Shown here one piece after another: positions 46,545-55,304 of a stretch of 64,000 bases of DNA; position 1 is the first letter of the stretch; every line of letters begins with the position of its first letter. The translations under genes and the position numbers were made by a program. The DNA is from an uncultured Bacteroidales bacterium (lineage in GTDB: Bacteria; Bacteroidota; Bacteroidia; Bacteroidales; B18-G4). Where the stretch lies: positions 8,446-72,445 of the forward strand of contig CAZASJ010000007.1 of NCBI GenBank assembly GCA_964487735.1, in the 5' to 3' direction. Below the pieces are notes generated by a model. That model ran no database searches, was not told the DNA's origin, and saw only the letters and a program-made list of their open reading frames with translations.

Positions 46545-47774
46545 ATGATAAATCATTACTTTCACATTTTTATTTTTATTGAGTTAAGAAGCATGAATAC
46601 GTTTAACCTGAAAGAAGTAAAAGACTCTCAAAGCATTAGAGATTTTCTGGATTTTCCGTCAAGATTATACAAAAGGGAAAAGAACTGGTCAAGACCACTT
46701 GATGATGATATTGAGAAAGTATTCGATCCGAAAAGAAATAAAAAATTCAGGAAAGGGAATGCTAAAAGATGGATACTAAAAGACAAGGATAACAAAGTCG
46801 TTGGACGGGTGGCGGCCTTCTATGATCTGAGTATTGCCAACAATAACAAACAACCCACAGGAGGTCTGGGCTTTTTTGATTGCATTTACAATCAGCAAGC
46901 GGCCAATACATTATTCAATACCTGCAAGGAATGGCTGAAGGAAGAAGGAATGGAAGCAATGGATGGACCCATAAATTTCGGTGATCGTGACCTTTTCTGG
47001 GGTTGCCTCTCGGATGGGTTTTATGAGCCTGTTTACAATATGCCCTATAACTTCCCCTATTATAATGCGCTTTTTGAAGCTTATGGGTTTCAAAACTATT
47101 TTAATCAATACACCTACCTCCGCAAGATCGTCAAAAACGGATTTAATGATGCCATACTGGAAAAGGCAAGAAGAGTTTTTGACAACCCTGATTACACTTT
47201 TGAGATCTATGATCCTTCGAAGCCGGAAAAAATGGCCGAAGAATTCATGTTCATTTTCAATTCCGCATGGGCCCGTTTCCCCGGGGTGCCTAAAACCTCG
47301 AAGGCGCATAGTCTTGCTCTTTTAAAGCAACTGAAGCCCATTATGGACAAACGGCTTATTCATCTTGCTTACTACAAAGGCGAGCCGGTTGGGTTTTTTA
47401 TTATGATGCAGGACATTTCTCAGATAACAAGAAGGTTCAATGGCAAACTTAACCTCATCAATAAACTCAGGCTTCTGTATTACCTGAAATGCACCAAAAG
47501 CATAACCCGTATTATTGGAAGGCTTTTTGGCGTTGTACCAGAACATCAGGGGAAAGGTGTTGAGGGCGGCCTTGTGGTGGCATTTGAACGCCTTGCTTTG
47601 GAGCCGGGATTCCCCTACACCGATCTGGAACTAAACTGGATTGGTGACTTCAATCCAACCATGATGAAGGTATGTGAGCAGATAGGCGCCAACATCTATA
47701 AAACCCACATAACGTATCGCTATTTATTCGATAAAAATGCTCCTTTTGAAAGGGCTAAAAAGGTAAATGTTTAG
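46545..47774 (+). CDS. Conserved GNAT-fold-like acyltransferase family protein (function unknown)
   Basis: The likely start is MNTFNLKEV at 46593. Blocks GPINFGDRDLFWGCLSDGF and PYNFPYYNALFEAYGF, plus the C-terminal VVPEHQGKGVEGGL (acetyl-CoA-site-like Q/RxxGxG/A). The family assignment is recall-based. Confidence 0.45.
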   Translation: MINHYFHIFIFIELRSMNTFNLKEVKDSQSIRDFLDFPSRLYKREKNWSRPLDDDIEKVFDPKRNKKFRKGNAKRWILKDKDNKVVGRVAAFYDLSIANNNKQPTGGLGFFDCIYNQQAANTLFNTCKEWLKEEGMEAMDGPINFGDRDLFWGCLSDGFYEPVYNMPYNFPYYNALFEAYGFQNYFNQYTYLRKIVKNGFNDAILEKARRVFDNPDYTFEIYDPSKPEKMAEEFMFIFNSAWARFPGVPKTSKAHSLALLKQLKPIMDKRLIHLAYYKGEPVGFFIMMQDISQITRRFNGKLNLINKLRLLYYLKCTKSITRIIGRLFGVVPEHQGKGVEGGLVVAFERLALEPGFPYTDLELNWIGDFNPTMMKVCEQIGANIYKTHITYRYLFDKNAPFERAKKVNV

Positions 47775-47911
47775 TCACTGTCTGTGATTGCTATAAGCGG
47801 ATTTACGCCCAAGAACGAAGGCTTTCTTCTTGAAAAATTCCCTCATATATTGGTTTATAGTAAGTATACTATTAATCCATATCAACAGATCACAAATACA
47901 ATAAGGAGTAA

Positions 47912-48260
47912 ATGTCTGAACAAAAACGCCAGTTAGCAATGATTATGTTCACTGATATTGCAGCTTACACTGCTATGGTGGGTGAAGATGAGTCCGATGC
48001 TTTTTCATTATTGAAAATCAATCGCAAACTCCACGAAAAATGGATCGATCGCTATAATGGCAAGTGGTTGAAAGAAATGGGCGATGGCGTTCTTGCCAGA
48101 ATTTATTCATTGACCGGTAATTGAAACTTGCAATTGAACTGATCAATTACTTACTTGCTAAGCCTGGTAATTTTACAAAAAAGTTCTTGAATTCGATCCA
48201 TCCTTTGATAAAATAAGGAATACAACAGAGTATCAGGAAATCATGTTGAAGCAATTCTAA
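47912..48260 (+). pseudogene. Decayed remnant of a class III cyclase-TPR gene
   Basis: The 70-aa ORF starts like a cyclase domain (QLAMIMFTDIAAYTAMV.., KEMGDGVLA) but stops at 48124. The -1 frame continues LKLAIELINYLLAKPGNF (48121..48216). A third frame gives KKVLEFDPSFDKIRNTTEYQEIMLKQF* (48171..48260), which looks like a TPR-protein C-terminal tail. Confidence 0.55.
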
Positions 48261-48279
48261 ATCAATGTGGTGTTGAACA

Positions 48280-49857
48280 TTGGGAAAGTCTGCTAATTTT
48301 GCAATAAATCTATCCATTATGGCATCAACAGACTTTCTCATCACCAAGATAATTGCAACCCTCGGACCCGCCTCTGCCGGAAAGGAAAACATCCGAAAGC
48401 TCATTGAAGCAGGCACCAGGGTATTCAGGATCAATTTTTCTCATGGAAGCTTTAGTGACTACGATAAGCTCGTAAAAGACATTCGCCATGTGCAGGCACA
48501 AATCGGGATCTATGTTGCCATCATGGGCGACCTTTCTGGTCCTAAAATCAGGGTTGGCAAAGTCGTTGATGGAGGGGTGATGCTCAAAAAAGGAAGTGAA
48601 ATCAACTTTATTCACAAAGAGATCATTGGCGGGTCGAAGGGTTATGAGCAAACATTTTCAACAAACTATCCATCCCTTATTGAAGAAGTTAAAATTGGAG
48701 AAAAGATCCTGCTGGATGATGGGAATATTGAACTTAAATGCATCTCTAATAAAGCAGATGGAGACCAGGCAGGCATTCGATGCCGGGTGGTAGCAGGAAA
48801 TCTATTGAGCAGTGGCAAAGGCATTAACCTGCCCGATAGTGAGCTATCGGTTCCTTCCCTCACTGAAAAAGACATTGCCTGTGCTTCCTACGCCGTAGAA
48901 AAAGAATTTGACTTCCTGGCCCTGAGTTTTGTCCGCAGCGGCAAGGATATCAGGGAATTGAAGAACCTCCTCACAAAGTTGGATGTCAGGCCAAAAGGAC
49001 TGGATATCACCGGGGGTGACCTTGGATTTTCAACCCTCTACGATGATGATTACATTCCGGTGATCAGTAAAATTGAAAAGCCACAAGCCATTAAAAACCT
49101 GGATGACATCCTTGAAGAAACGGATGGTGTCATGGTTGCACGTGGCGATCTTGGAGTGGAAATGGACCTGGCAGAAGTGGCCATCACACAAAAATATATC
49201 ATTCAAAAATGCAGAGAATATGGCAAGCCCGTTATTGTCGCTACCCAGATGCTGCAAAGCATGATCAATGAACCTGTTCCAACCAGGGCAGAAGTTTCAG
49301 ATGTGGCCAATGCCATCATTGACGGAGCGGACGCTGTAATGCTTTCGGGGGAGACCGCAGTGGGGAAATACCCTGTGAAATCAGTTAAGATGATGGCAAG
49401 GATTGCCCGCAAGACAAATGCGTATGTAAAAAGCATTGATGATATTTCTGAGAAGCTCATCCGATCAAAAGAGACTTTGAACCGCAAGGCTGCCATGGCA
49501 AGGGGTGTACACCAGATCGCACGTGACATCCAGGCAAAATTCATCGTCACCTGGTCTCATTCCGGTGGCAGCAGTGTATTCCTGTCGCAGCAACGCATGG
49601 ATGTACCCTTAATCGCCTTCGGTGAAAATGAAAAGAGATTAAGACAACTTTCCATTCTCCATAGCATTACGCCCATTTTTATGAAACAGCCCGAATCGGG
49701 CAGTAAGTTTATCGCTATCGTTGACAAATTGCTACAAAAGAACAAATGGGCCAAGAATGGAGATCCCATTATCATTGTGGCATCAGAGCCCATTACAAAA
49801 AGAGGAATCACCAACAGGCTTGTGATTCACTATATTGGTGAACATATCAATGATTAG
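48280..49857 (+). CDS. pyk: Pyruvate kinase
   Basis: TKIIATLGPAS, FRINFSHGS, GDLSGPKIRVG, MVARGDLGVEM, ATQMLQSM, SGETAVGKYP. The probable true start is ATG at 48319 (MASTDFL..); the track start at 48280 is TTG. Confidence 0.95.
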   Translation: MGKSANFAINLSIMASTDFLITKIIATLGPASAGKENIRKLIEAGTRVFRINFSHGSFSDYDKLVKDIRHVQAQIGIYVAIMGDLSGPKIRVGKVVDGGVMLKKGSEINFIHKEIIGGSKGYEQTFSTNYPSLIEEVKIGEKILLDDGNIELKCISNKADGDQAGIRCRVVAGNLLSSGKGINLPDSELSVPSLTEKDIACASYAVEKEFDFLALSFVRSGKDIRELKNLLTKLDVRPKGLDITGGDLGFSTLYDDDYIPVISKIEKPQAIKNLDDILEETDGVMVARGDLGVEMDLAEVAITQKYIIQKCREYGKPVIVATQMLQSMINEPVPTRAEVSDVANAIIDGADAVMLSGETAVGKYPVKSVKMMARIARKTNAYVKSIDDISEKLIRSKETLNRKAAMARGVHQIARDIQAKFIVTWSHSGGSSVFLSQQRMDVPLIAFGENEKRLRQLSILHSITPIFMKQPESGSKFIAIVDKLLQKNKWAKNGDPIIIVASEPITKRGITNRLVIHYIGEHIND

Positions 49858-49938
49858 TTCTTAACTTTAACATTATTCAAGGAACAATCTATAACATACG
49901 GGATCAGATTCCTAATGTATATGATTTACAGCATCTGC

Positions 49939-50571
49939 CTACTCATTGAGAAATTGTGTAAACACCTTCACAAACCTAGCTACATGATAGCCATCGATAA
50001 GGCCATGATGCACTTGCACTGAGAGGGGCAGAAATGAGTTGCTATTCTCTTCAAATATTTTCCCGAAGGAGATCTTGGGAATGGAATCTCCGTCACCAAA
50101 GTTCCTGGGATGGCTCAGACCGGTGAAGCTAAACCATGGCAAAGCGGTATAATGAATTACATCAATTCTTTCGGGAGCAGTAAAGAGGCCGCTCAGCTTC
50201 CTTACCCTTTCGATTTCAGTTTTCAATTTTAATTGAAAAAGATAAAAATCATCAACAAAATCCATCTGGGCAAAACCAAAAGTGCCATCCTCACGGCCAA
50301 TGGTTGGGGAAGCATGAACAACATCATATTCAAAAACATCTTCCCCTTCAATCCTGTACCTGAATTCCTTTACCTGATTGGCTGCTTTCATGGCATTAAA
50401 AAGATACCAGCCAAATATTGAATTCCCACAGATGATGGTCTTCTTAAGGCCCTCCGTACACTTTATATTCATGTTCAGGTGATAAAAAGGCTCACCAAAA
50501 TTTTTAAAAAAGCCAAAATGCTCTTTTCTGTTCCAGGTATCCAGGTCAAGTTTATTTTTCATGATATACAA
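49939..50571 (-). CDS. Chloramphenicol O-acetyltransferase family (type A CAT-like) protein
   Basis: WNRKEHFGFFKNFGEPFY N-terminal block and catalytic-His block LSVQVHHGLIDGYHVARF. The likely start is MKNKLDL at 50562. Confidence 0.85.
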   Translation of the reverse strand: MYIMKNKLDLDTWNRKEHFGFFKNFGEPFYHLNMNIKCTEGLKKTIICGNSIFGWYLFNAMKAANQVKEFRYRIEGEDVFEYDVVHASPTIGREDGTFGFAQMDFVDDFYLFQLKLKTEIERVRKLSGLFTAPERIDVIHYTALPWFSFTGLSHPRNFGDGDSIPKISFGKIFEENSNSFLPLSVQVHHGLIDGYHVARFVKVFTQFLNE

Positions 50572-50736
50572 AGATATGAATGAAAGTTATTCCATTCACC
50601 CGGGACCAGATCGCTTGCCAATCCCATTGAAAGGGATCATCCAATTATACCGGACAACAGTATTTTGAAAAAGTGAATCTGAACAATACAACTATAGGTC
50701 TGTTTATATCATATATACAAACCTATTTTATTCCCT

Positions 50737-52086
50737 ATGAAAAAAACTTACGCATATTTAGGCATCCCTTTCGTTGCTATAATTTTCATCCTTATGGCTT
50801 ACAATACGGGTTCGCCCGGCGGCAAATCAGGTTCACCGGGAGATGGTGGAGCCACCTGTGTGCAATGCCATACCGGAACTGCAAACCAGGTTAACGACTG
50901 GATTACTACAAACATTCCACTTACAGGATATGTGCCCGGGAACACCTATACCATTACGCTTACAGGAACGCATACCGGAGTTGTAAAATTCGGTTTTGAA
51001 GTAAGTGCAGAAAATAGCAGCAATGCGAAAGTCGGGACTTTCATTCTTAACGATCCCGTTCAAACGAAATTCACAAATGGCAATGCTGCCGTTACACATA
51101 CAAACAATGGCAACACCCCATCAGGAAACAGCAAAACATGGACGGTCGACTGGACGGCTCCGTCTGCAGGGACAGGAGATGTAGGCATTTATGCTGCATT
51201 CAATGCTGCCAATGGCAATGGCGGAACATCGGGTGATGTTATTTACAAGACCAGCCTTTTTGTATCCGAAGCTGCTAACCCTGAGCTCGTTTCCATTAAT
51301 CCTGATGAGGGCGATCAGGGTGCAAATATTTCTGCAAGCATATCAGGACTTGGCACTTCATGGTCCGGTACTCCAATGGTAAATTTAAGTTTTTCAGGCA
51401 ATCCGGCTGAAATGATCACTGCCACCGGAATTACTGTTACCAATCCCACTACCATCCAGGCAAGCTTCAGTATTCCGACTGACGCAAGTTCCGGTCTGTG
51501 GGATGTAAATGTTGATGCACTAAGCTTAGAAGACGGCTTTACAGTGAATGAGGTGATCATGTCACTGACTTCCATTATGCCTGATTCCGCAACACAGGGA
51601 GATATGCTCACCGCTACCATTTTAGCCAGCAACACATCTTTTGTTGGAACAGTACCCGATGTTTTCATTTCCAACAGCATCAATCCCTCTGAAACAATTG
51701 CCGCCGGCTCAGTAAATGTATTAAGCAACACCGAACTTCAGGCAGACTTCAGTATACCCCTTGATGCCAGTGTGGGTGTTTGGGACCTGCATGTGGATAT
51801 GATGATGTTAGAAGATGGATTTGAGGTACACCTCCTAACCGGCTTAAAAGAATTAAGTTTCGAAGGACTGGAAGTATATCCAAATCCAACTGAAGGCATG
51901 CTCATGTTGAACATCAGGGAAAATGCCGATGTTAAACTCTTGGATATGTCGGGAAATGAAATTGAAAACTTCCGTGTTACAGCAGGATCAAATCAACTCA
52001 ACCTGACAGGCAGACCAGCCGGAATATATTTCCTGCAGATCATTGCTGAAGGTAAAATGGAGCGAAGGAAAATTGTAGTCAAATAG
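50737..52086 (+). CDS. Secreted Reeler-like domain protein with CxxCH motif, two Ig-like repeats and T9SS C-terminal sorting domain
   Basis: Signal peptide. GSPGGKSGSPGDGGATCVQCHTG..YTITLTG..FGFEVSA..WTVDWTAP..NAANGNGGTSGDVIY resembles the bacterial Reeler-like pattern (recall-based). Two ~90-aa tandem repeats end in LEDGFTV/LEDGFEV. CTD is VYPNPTEGMLMLNI..PAGIYFLQIIAEGKMERRKIVVK. Confidence 0.7.
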   Translation: MKKTYAYLGIPFVAIIFILMAYNTGSPGGKSGSPGDGGATCVQCHTGTANQVNDWITTNIPLTGYVPGNTYTITLTGTHTGVVKFGFEVSAENSSNAKVGTFILNDPVQTKFTNGNAAVTHTNNGNTPSGNSKTWTVDWTAPSAGTGDVGIYAAFNAANGNGGTSGDVIYKTSLFVSEAANPELVSINPDEGDQGANISASISGLGTSWSGTPMVNLSFSGNPAEMITATGITVTNPTTIQASFSIPTDASSGLWDVNVDALSLEDGFTVNEVIMSLTSIMPDSATQGDMLTATILASNTSFVGTVPDVFISNSINPSETIAAGSVNVLSNTELQADFSIPLDASVGVWDLHVDMMMLEDGFEVHLLTGLKELSFEGLEVYPNPTEGMLMLNIRENADVKLLDMSGNEIENFRVTAGSNQLNLTGRPAGIYFLQIIAEGKMERRKIVVK

Positions 52087-52089
52087 TGT

Positions 52090-52722
52090 TTAGTTGCCAC
52101 CGATTTTGATGATGAGGCCACCATGGAAGTCGCCCTGTAACGGAGCTACAACAGAATTCACACCCACTCCTGACCCGCCGGTACCGACGTACATGCCTAC
52201 GCCACCAAAGTACATTGGCATGAGCATACGTCCGCGTAACATGATGCCAATGCGTTCGGAGAACATGACTTTAACTCCCAGGCCTAGAGCAACCGAAAAG
52301 CGCCAAACATCCTTAAAAGAATTGTCGTTGGGACTAAACCAGGTGGCTCCTAATGACATAGACCCAAATGGCGTTAGTTTGGTACTTTGAGAATAAAATT
52401 TAGAGATACCACCTACTTGAATATAGTTGGTTGAAATATTGGTTTCTGCATAGGGGAAATCCGAATAACCAAAATTGGGTTGGAAAGAAGCCTTGCTGTC
52501 CATCCTGGAATAATTTAGTTCAACATCCAGAAAATCATGAACAGGCACAAGCAATGAAACCCCATAGTCCAGCCCATTGTCAATTTTCAGCTTCCCTTCG
52601 TAGTAATTAATACTCCCTCCAAACATATATCCTGCAAAAGGCACGATCTCAATGCCTTGTGCAAAGAGCAATGATGGGAAAGAAATGGCAACCAAGAGTA
52701 ATTTTATTTTTTTCATATTCAA
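52090..52722 (-). CDS. Small outer-membrane beta-barrel protein (OmpW/OMP_b-brl-like)
   Basis: Signal peptide MKKIKLLLVAISFPSLLFAQ. 210 aa with alternating Gly/aromatic beta-strand pattern. Confidence 0.6.
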   Translation of the reverse strand: MNMKKIKLLLVAISFPSLLFAQGIEIVPFAGYMFGGSINYYEGKLKIDNGLDYGVSLLVPVHDFLDVELNYSRMDSKASFQPNFGYSDFPYAETNISTNYIQVGGISKFYSQSTKLTPFGSMSLGATWFSPNDNSFKDVWRFSVALGLGVKVMFSERIGIMLRGRMLMPMYFGGVGMYVGTGGSGVGVNSVVAPLQGDFHGGLIIKIGGN

Positions 52723-52957
52723 TATTTAAAATTAGATTCGCTTTAAAATTTGGATAAAACTACAAAATATGCAGGTATATAAGTAAGAGATAATCCCGTT
52801 CAATTCACTTCAAGGAATGTTGAGTCTGTATTAAACAACATGATCAAAAATTGGAATTACTACAGTACGGGATAATTTAATGAATTCATTCTAAGTGTTA
52901 GATATTCTATTATTTACATCATTTTTCAATAAAAAAGGCCTGGCCTTCAGACATATA

Positions 52958-53023
52958 CACACCTACTGAATTCTGACTACTGACTTCTTGCCTGTAAATT
53001 TTTCCCCGCACAGTAATGAATTG
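52958..53023. repeat. Left arm of inverted repeat bracketing the OMP gene 53109..54629
   Basis: 52971..52990 TTCTGACTACTGACTTCTTG is the exact reverse complement of 54743..54762. Flanking similarity is imperfect (CACACC/GGTGTG; CCTGTAAATTTTTCCCCG vs CGGGGAAAATTTTGCAGA; CCCCGCACAGTAATGA vs CCCCGGACAGCTATGA). Confidence 0.8.
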
Positions 53024-53108
53024 GAATATATAAACTTTAAGAATGGAATAAGGGCCCCATATAGAACGCCTTTCACCTTATTGAGAAATTGACTATATTT
53101 GATTCACA

Positions 53109-54629
53109 TTGCAAAGGCAAAATATGGGATTAAAAAAACTACCCAAATGCATTTTATTCGCTGCTTTTTTCCTTTTGATTGTACCCAGTATACAGGGGCA
53201 GACCTTCAATCACTGGATGCGTAATTTCAATGAGGAATCTTCCCTGCTTGCAGGTGCTGTTGTTGGTGGAGGGTCAGGACCAAGCGCGATTTATTACAAC
53301 CCTGCCAGTATCTCGGAAATTAAAGAATCCAAATTATCATTTCACGCAAGTTTGTTTTCATTTAACTTTTTTAAAGTGAAGAATGCATTGGGGGATGGAA
53401 TCGACCTGAACAGAACCATCATAGGTATTGAGCCTCGCTTTATTTCCTATATGATCAAACCAAAGAACCACCCTGACTGGAATGTAGAGTTGGCCATACT
53501 AAACAATCAGAAATATAATATCGACTTCATACAGTCGGTAGATACAAGGGAGGATGTATTAACACATATTCCCGGGGAGGAGAGATATTTTGCCCTGTTT
53601 CAGTACTCCAATAAGTACCGCGATGACTGGATTGGGGCTGGCTGGTCGTTGAACCTTACAGACAAGCTCTCAATGGGGGTCAGTATGTTTGTTACGATCA
53701 AATCAATGGAATACAATAATGTCCTTACGATTGAGGCCTATCCCATTGACACAACGATACAGGGATTTTCACAGAGCGATTTCTATTCTGCCAGCTACCA
53801 CGCCAATAATTACGTAAAATACAATGATTATCGATTGCTCTGGAAAATTGGTTTAACATATAAAACGGATCGCTATAGTTTTGGGCTTTGCTTTACCACT
53901 CCTTCTATTGGTGGTATATACTCTGATGGAAAAAGGGTTTCCAAGGAAAAGAAACAGGCCAACATTTATGACCCGGAAACAGGAGATCCCATTCCTGATT
54001 ATGTAATCACTGACTATCAGGAAAAGGGAAATGTAGCGGTAAATCATAAATCAACATTGTCGGTTGCCGCCGGCTTTACCTGGCATTCAATGAACAAGTC
54101 CAAATCCTTCTACTCAACAGTGGAGTATTTTGGAGGGCTTGATCCCTATAGATTAGTGCAGGCCAACGAGAGTCCTAACCTTTCATCCCAAAATATCGAG
54201 AACACCTTTGCAGCCAACGAATGGCTAACAACTGTGAGCGGAGCAAATCCTGTACTCAACGGAGCCATTGGTTTCAGCTGGCTTATACGGAAAGACCTCA
54301 ACCTGATGACCGGTTTCCGTACAGATTTTAACTATGTAAAGAACTTTGATTATGGACCATATGACGAATCAAACATGCTCAAAGGGCTTTATGCCGATTA
54401 TTACCACCTCACAGGGGGCTTATTATATACCCTTAAAGGTTTTGATCTGATAACAGGTTTACAATATACCTTAGCATCGGAAAACCATTTAAAACAACTC
54501 GTGAATCTATCCGATCCTTTGGAATACAATTATACTGAAATGGCCCCCCTGCAAGGAGATCGTCAGAATACCATGAGCCTGCTTTCAAATTCAATCAGCC
54601 TGTATGTGGGTGCAAGCTTTAATTTCTGA
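53109..54629 (+). CDS. Outer-membrane beta-barrel protein (unknown family)
   Basis: The probable start is ATG at 53124 (MGLKKLPKCILFAAFFLLIVPSIQGQ signal peptide). The composition is beta-rich and the protein ends SLYVGASFNF (OMP beta-signal with terminal Phe). Confidence 0.6.
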   Translation: MQRQNMGLKKLPKCILFAAFFLLIVPSIQGQTFNHWMRNFNEESSLLAGAVVGGGSGPSAIYYNPASISEIKESKLSFHASLFSFNFFKVKNALGDGIDLNRTIIGIEPRFISYMIKPKNHPDWNVELAILNNQKYNIDFIQSVDTREDVLTHIPGEERYFALFQYSNKYRDDWIGAGWSLNLTDKLSMGVSMFVTIKSMEYNNVLTIEAYPIDTTIQGFSQSDFYSASYHANNYVKYNDYRLLWKIGLTYKTDRYSFGLCFTTPSIGGIYSDGKRVSKEKKQANIYDPETGDPIPDYVITDYQEKGNVAVNHKSTLSVAAGFTWHSMNKSKSFYSTVEYFGGLDPYRLVQANESPNLSSQNIENTFAANEWLTTVSGANPVLNGAIGFSWLIRKDLNLMTGFRTDFNYVKNFDYGPYDESNMLKGLYADYYHLTGGLLYTLKGFDLITGLQYTLASENHLKQLVNLSDPLEYNYTEMAPLQGDRQNTMSLLSNSISLYVGASFNF

Positions 54630-54709
54630 AAAAGGATAAGAAAAATCCAAGAACCTATATTCGGAACAATATACAGGCATGTACAAAATATACTAAAATG
54701 TGAGGTTTT

Positions 54710-54768
54710 GGAATCATAGCTGTCCGGGGAAAATTTTGCAGACAAGAAGTCAGTAGTCAGAAGGTGTG
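54710..54768. repeat. Right arm of inverted repeat bracketing the OMP gene
   Basis: See the left arm. The perfect 20 bp core is CAAGAAGTCAGTAGTCAGAA at 54743..54762. Confidence 0.8.
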
Positions 54769-54777
54769 AAAGTTTGG

Positions 54778-55087
54778 TTTTATATATATTAGTGTCCGGT
54801 TAAAACTAATCATTGAATATGATAGGAGGGGATTTCTCAATCACCGTTCATTCGAAATGACATGATATCTTGTCAAACAATAGAAGGGCGCGGCGCTCCG
54901 ATGATTGATATTTATTGTGCGCCGCGCCCTTCTCCTATATTAAATGGTCGTGTCATTTCGACCGAAGGGAGAAATCCCCCTCGAATGAAGTACAAGCCCT
55001 TCGTTAGTAGTCCTTGTTATCAACCAACAATACCAGGCTATTAAGAGGGTTGTCATTGTTTTAACCGGACACTAATATTTTATATAT
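54778..55087. mobile_element. MITE-like non-autonomous element with terminal inverted repeats, internal GC-rich long hairpin and putative AT-rich target-site duplication
   Basis: The TIRs are ATTAGTGTCCGGTTAAAAC (54788..54806) and GTTTTAACCGGACACTAAT (55058..55076). Direct TTTTATATAT lies at 54778..54787 and 55078..55087. Internally, a 14 bp perfect stem GAAGGGCGCGGCGC (54883..54896) pairs with GCGCCGCGCCCTTC (54919..54932). It is extended by TCGAAATGACA/TGTCATTTCGA and GGGGATTTCTC/GAGAAATCCCC pairings. No credible ORF is present. Confidence 0.6.
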
Positions 55088-55210
55088 CTGAATTTATCAT
55101 TTTCGGCAGGATTATAAAGATCGGCATTTAGGATTTTTTAAGCCTTGGAGAAATTTTAGCCATTCTTTAGGGTTTTATTCCGAGTAATCGGGGAAAAAAT
55201 CCATTCGGAA

Positions 55211-55280
55211 ATTACCCTTTCTTAAGAGAAGAATATAAGGAATGCCCGTGGCAAGCCACGAGGTATTATTTGATTAGATT
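55211..55280. repeat. Multi-hairpin intergenic repeat, copy C (5' module deleted)
   Basis: GAAGAATATAAGGAATGCCCGTGGCAAGCCACGAGGTATTATTTGATTAGATT is ~85% identical by eye to the 3' half of copy A (35573..35626). It lies 24 nt from the stop of the minus-strand MFS gene. Confidence 0.75.
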
Positions 55281-55304
55281 TTGCTATTATTTTAAGAATA
55301 AGAT

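Noticed and set aside
48147-48434. 95-aa minus-strand ORF overlapping the pyk start region
   Set aside because: It overlaps the 5' end of a confidently called pyruvate kinase and the cyclase remnant. It has no motifs, and the pyk N-terminus (TKIIATLGPAS) fixes the coding strand.
52935-52947. AAGGCC-T-GGCCTT palindrome preceded by an A-run, considered as a terminator
   Set aside because: The orientation would terminate minus-strand transcription coming from the OMP gene region, where no minus-strand gene exists. The stem is only 4-6 bp with a very small loop. Noted only as context for the adjacent inverted repeat.
54862-55044. 60-aa ORF inside the MITE-like element
   Set aside because: The reading frame runs through both arms of the long hairpin, and the composition (P/R/G-rich) follows the GC-rich stem. 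It has no start context or motifs.
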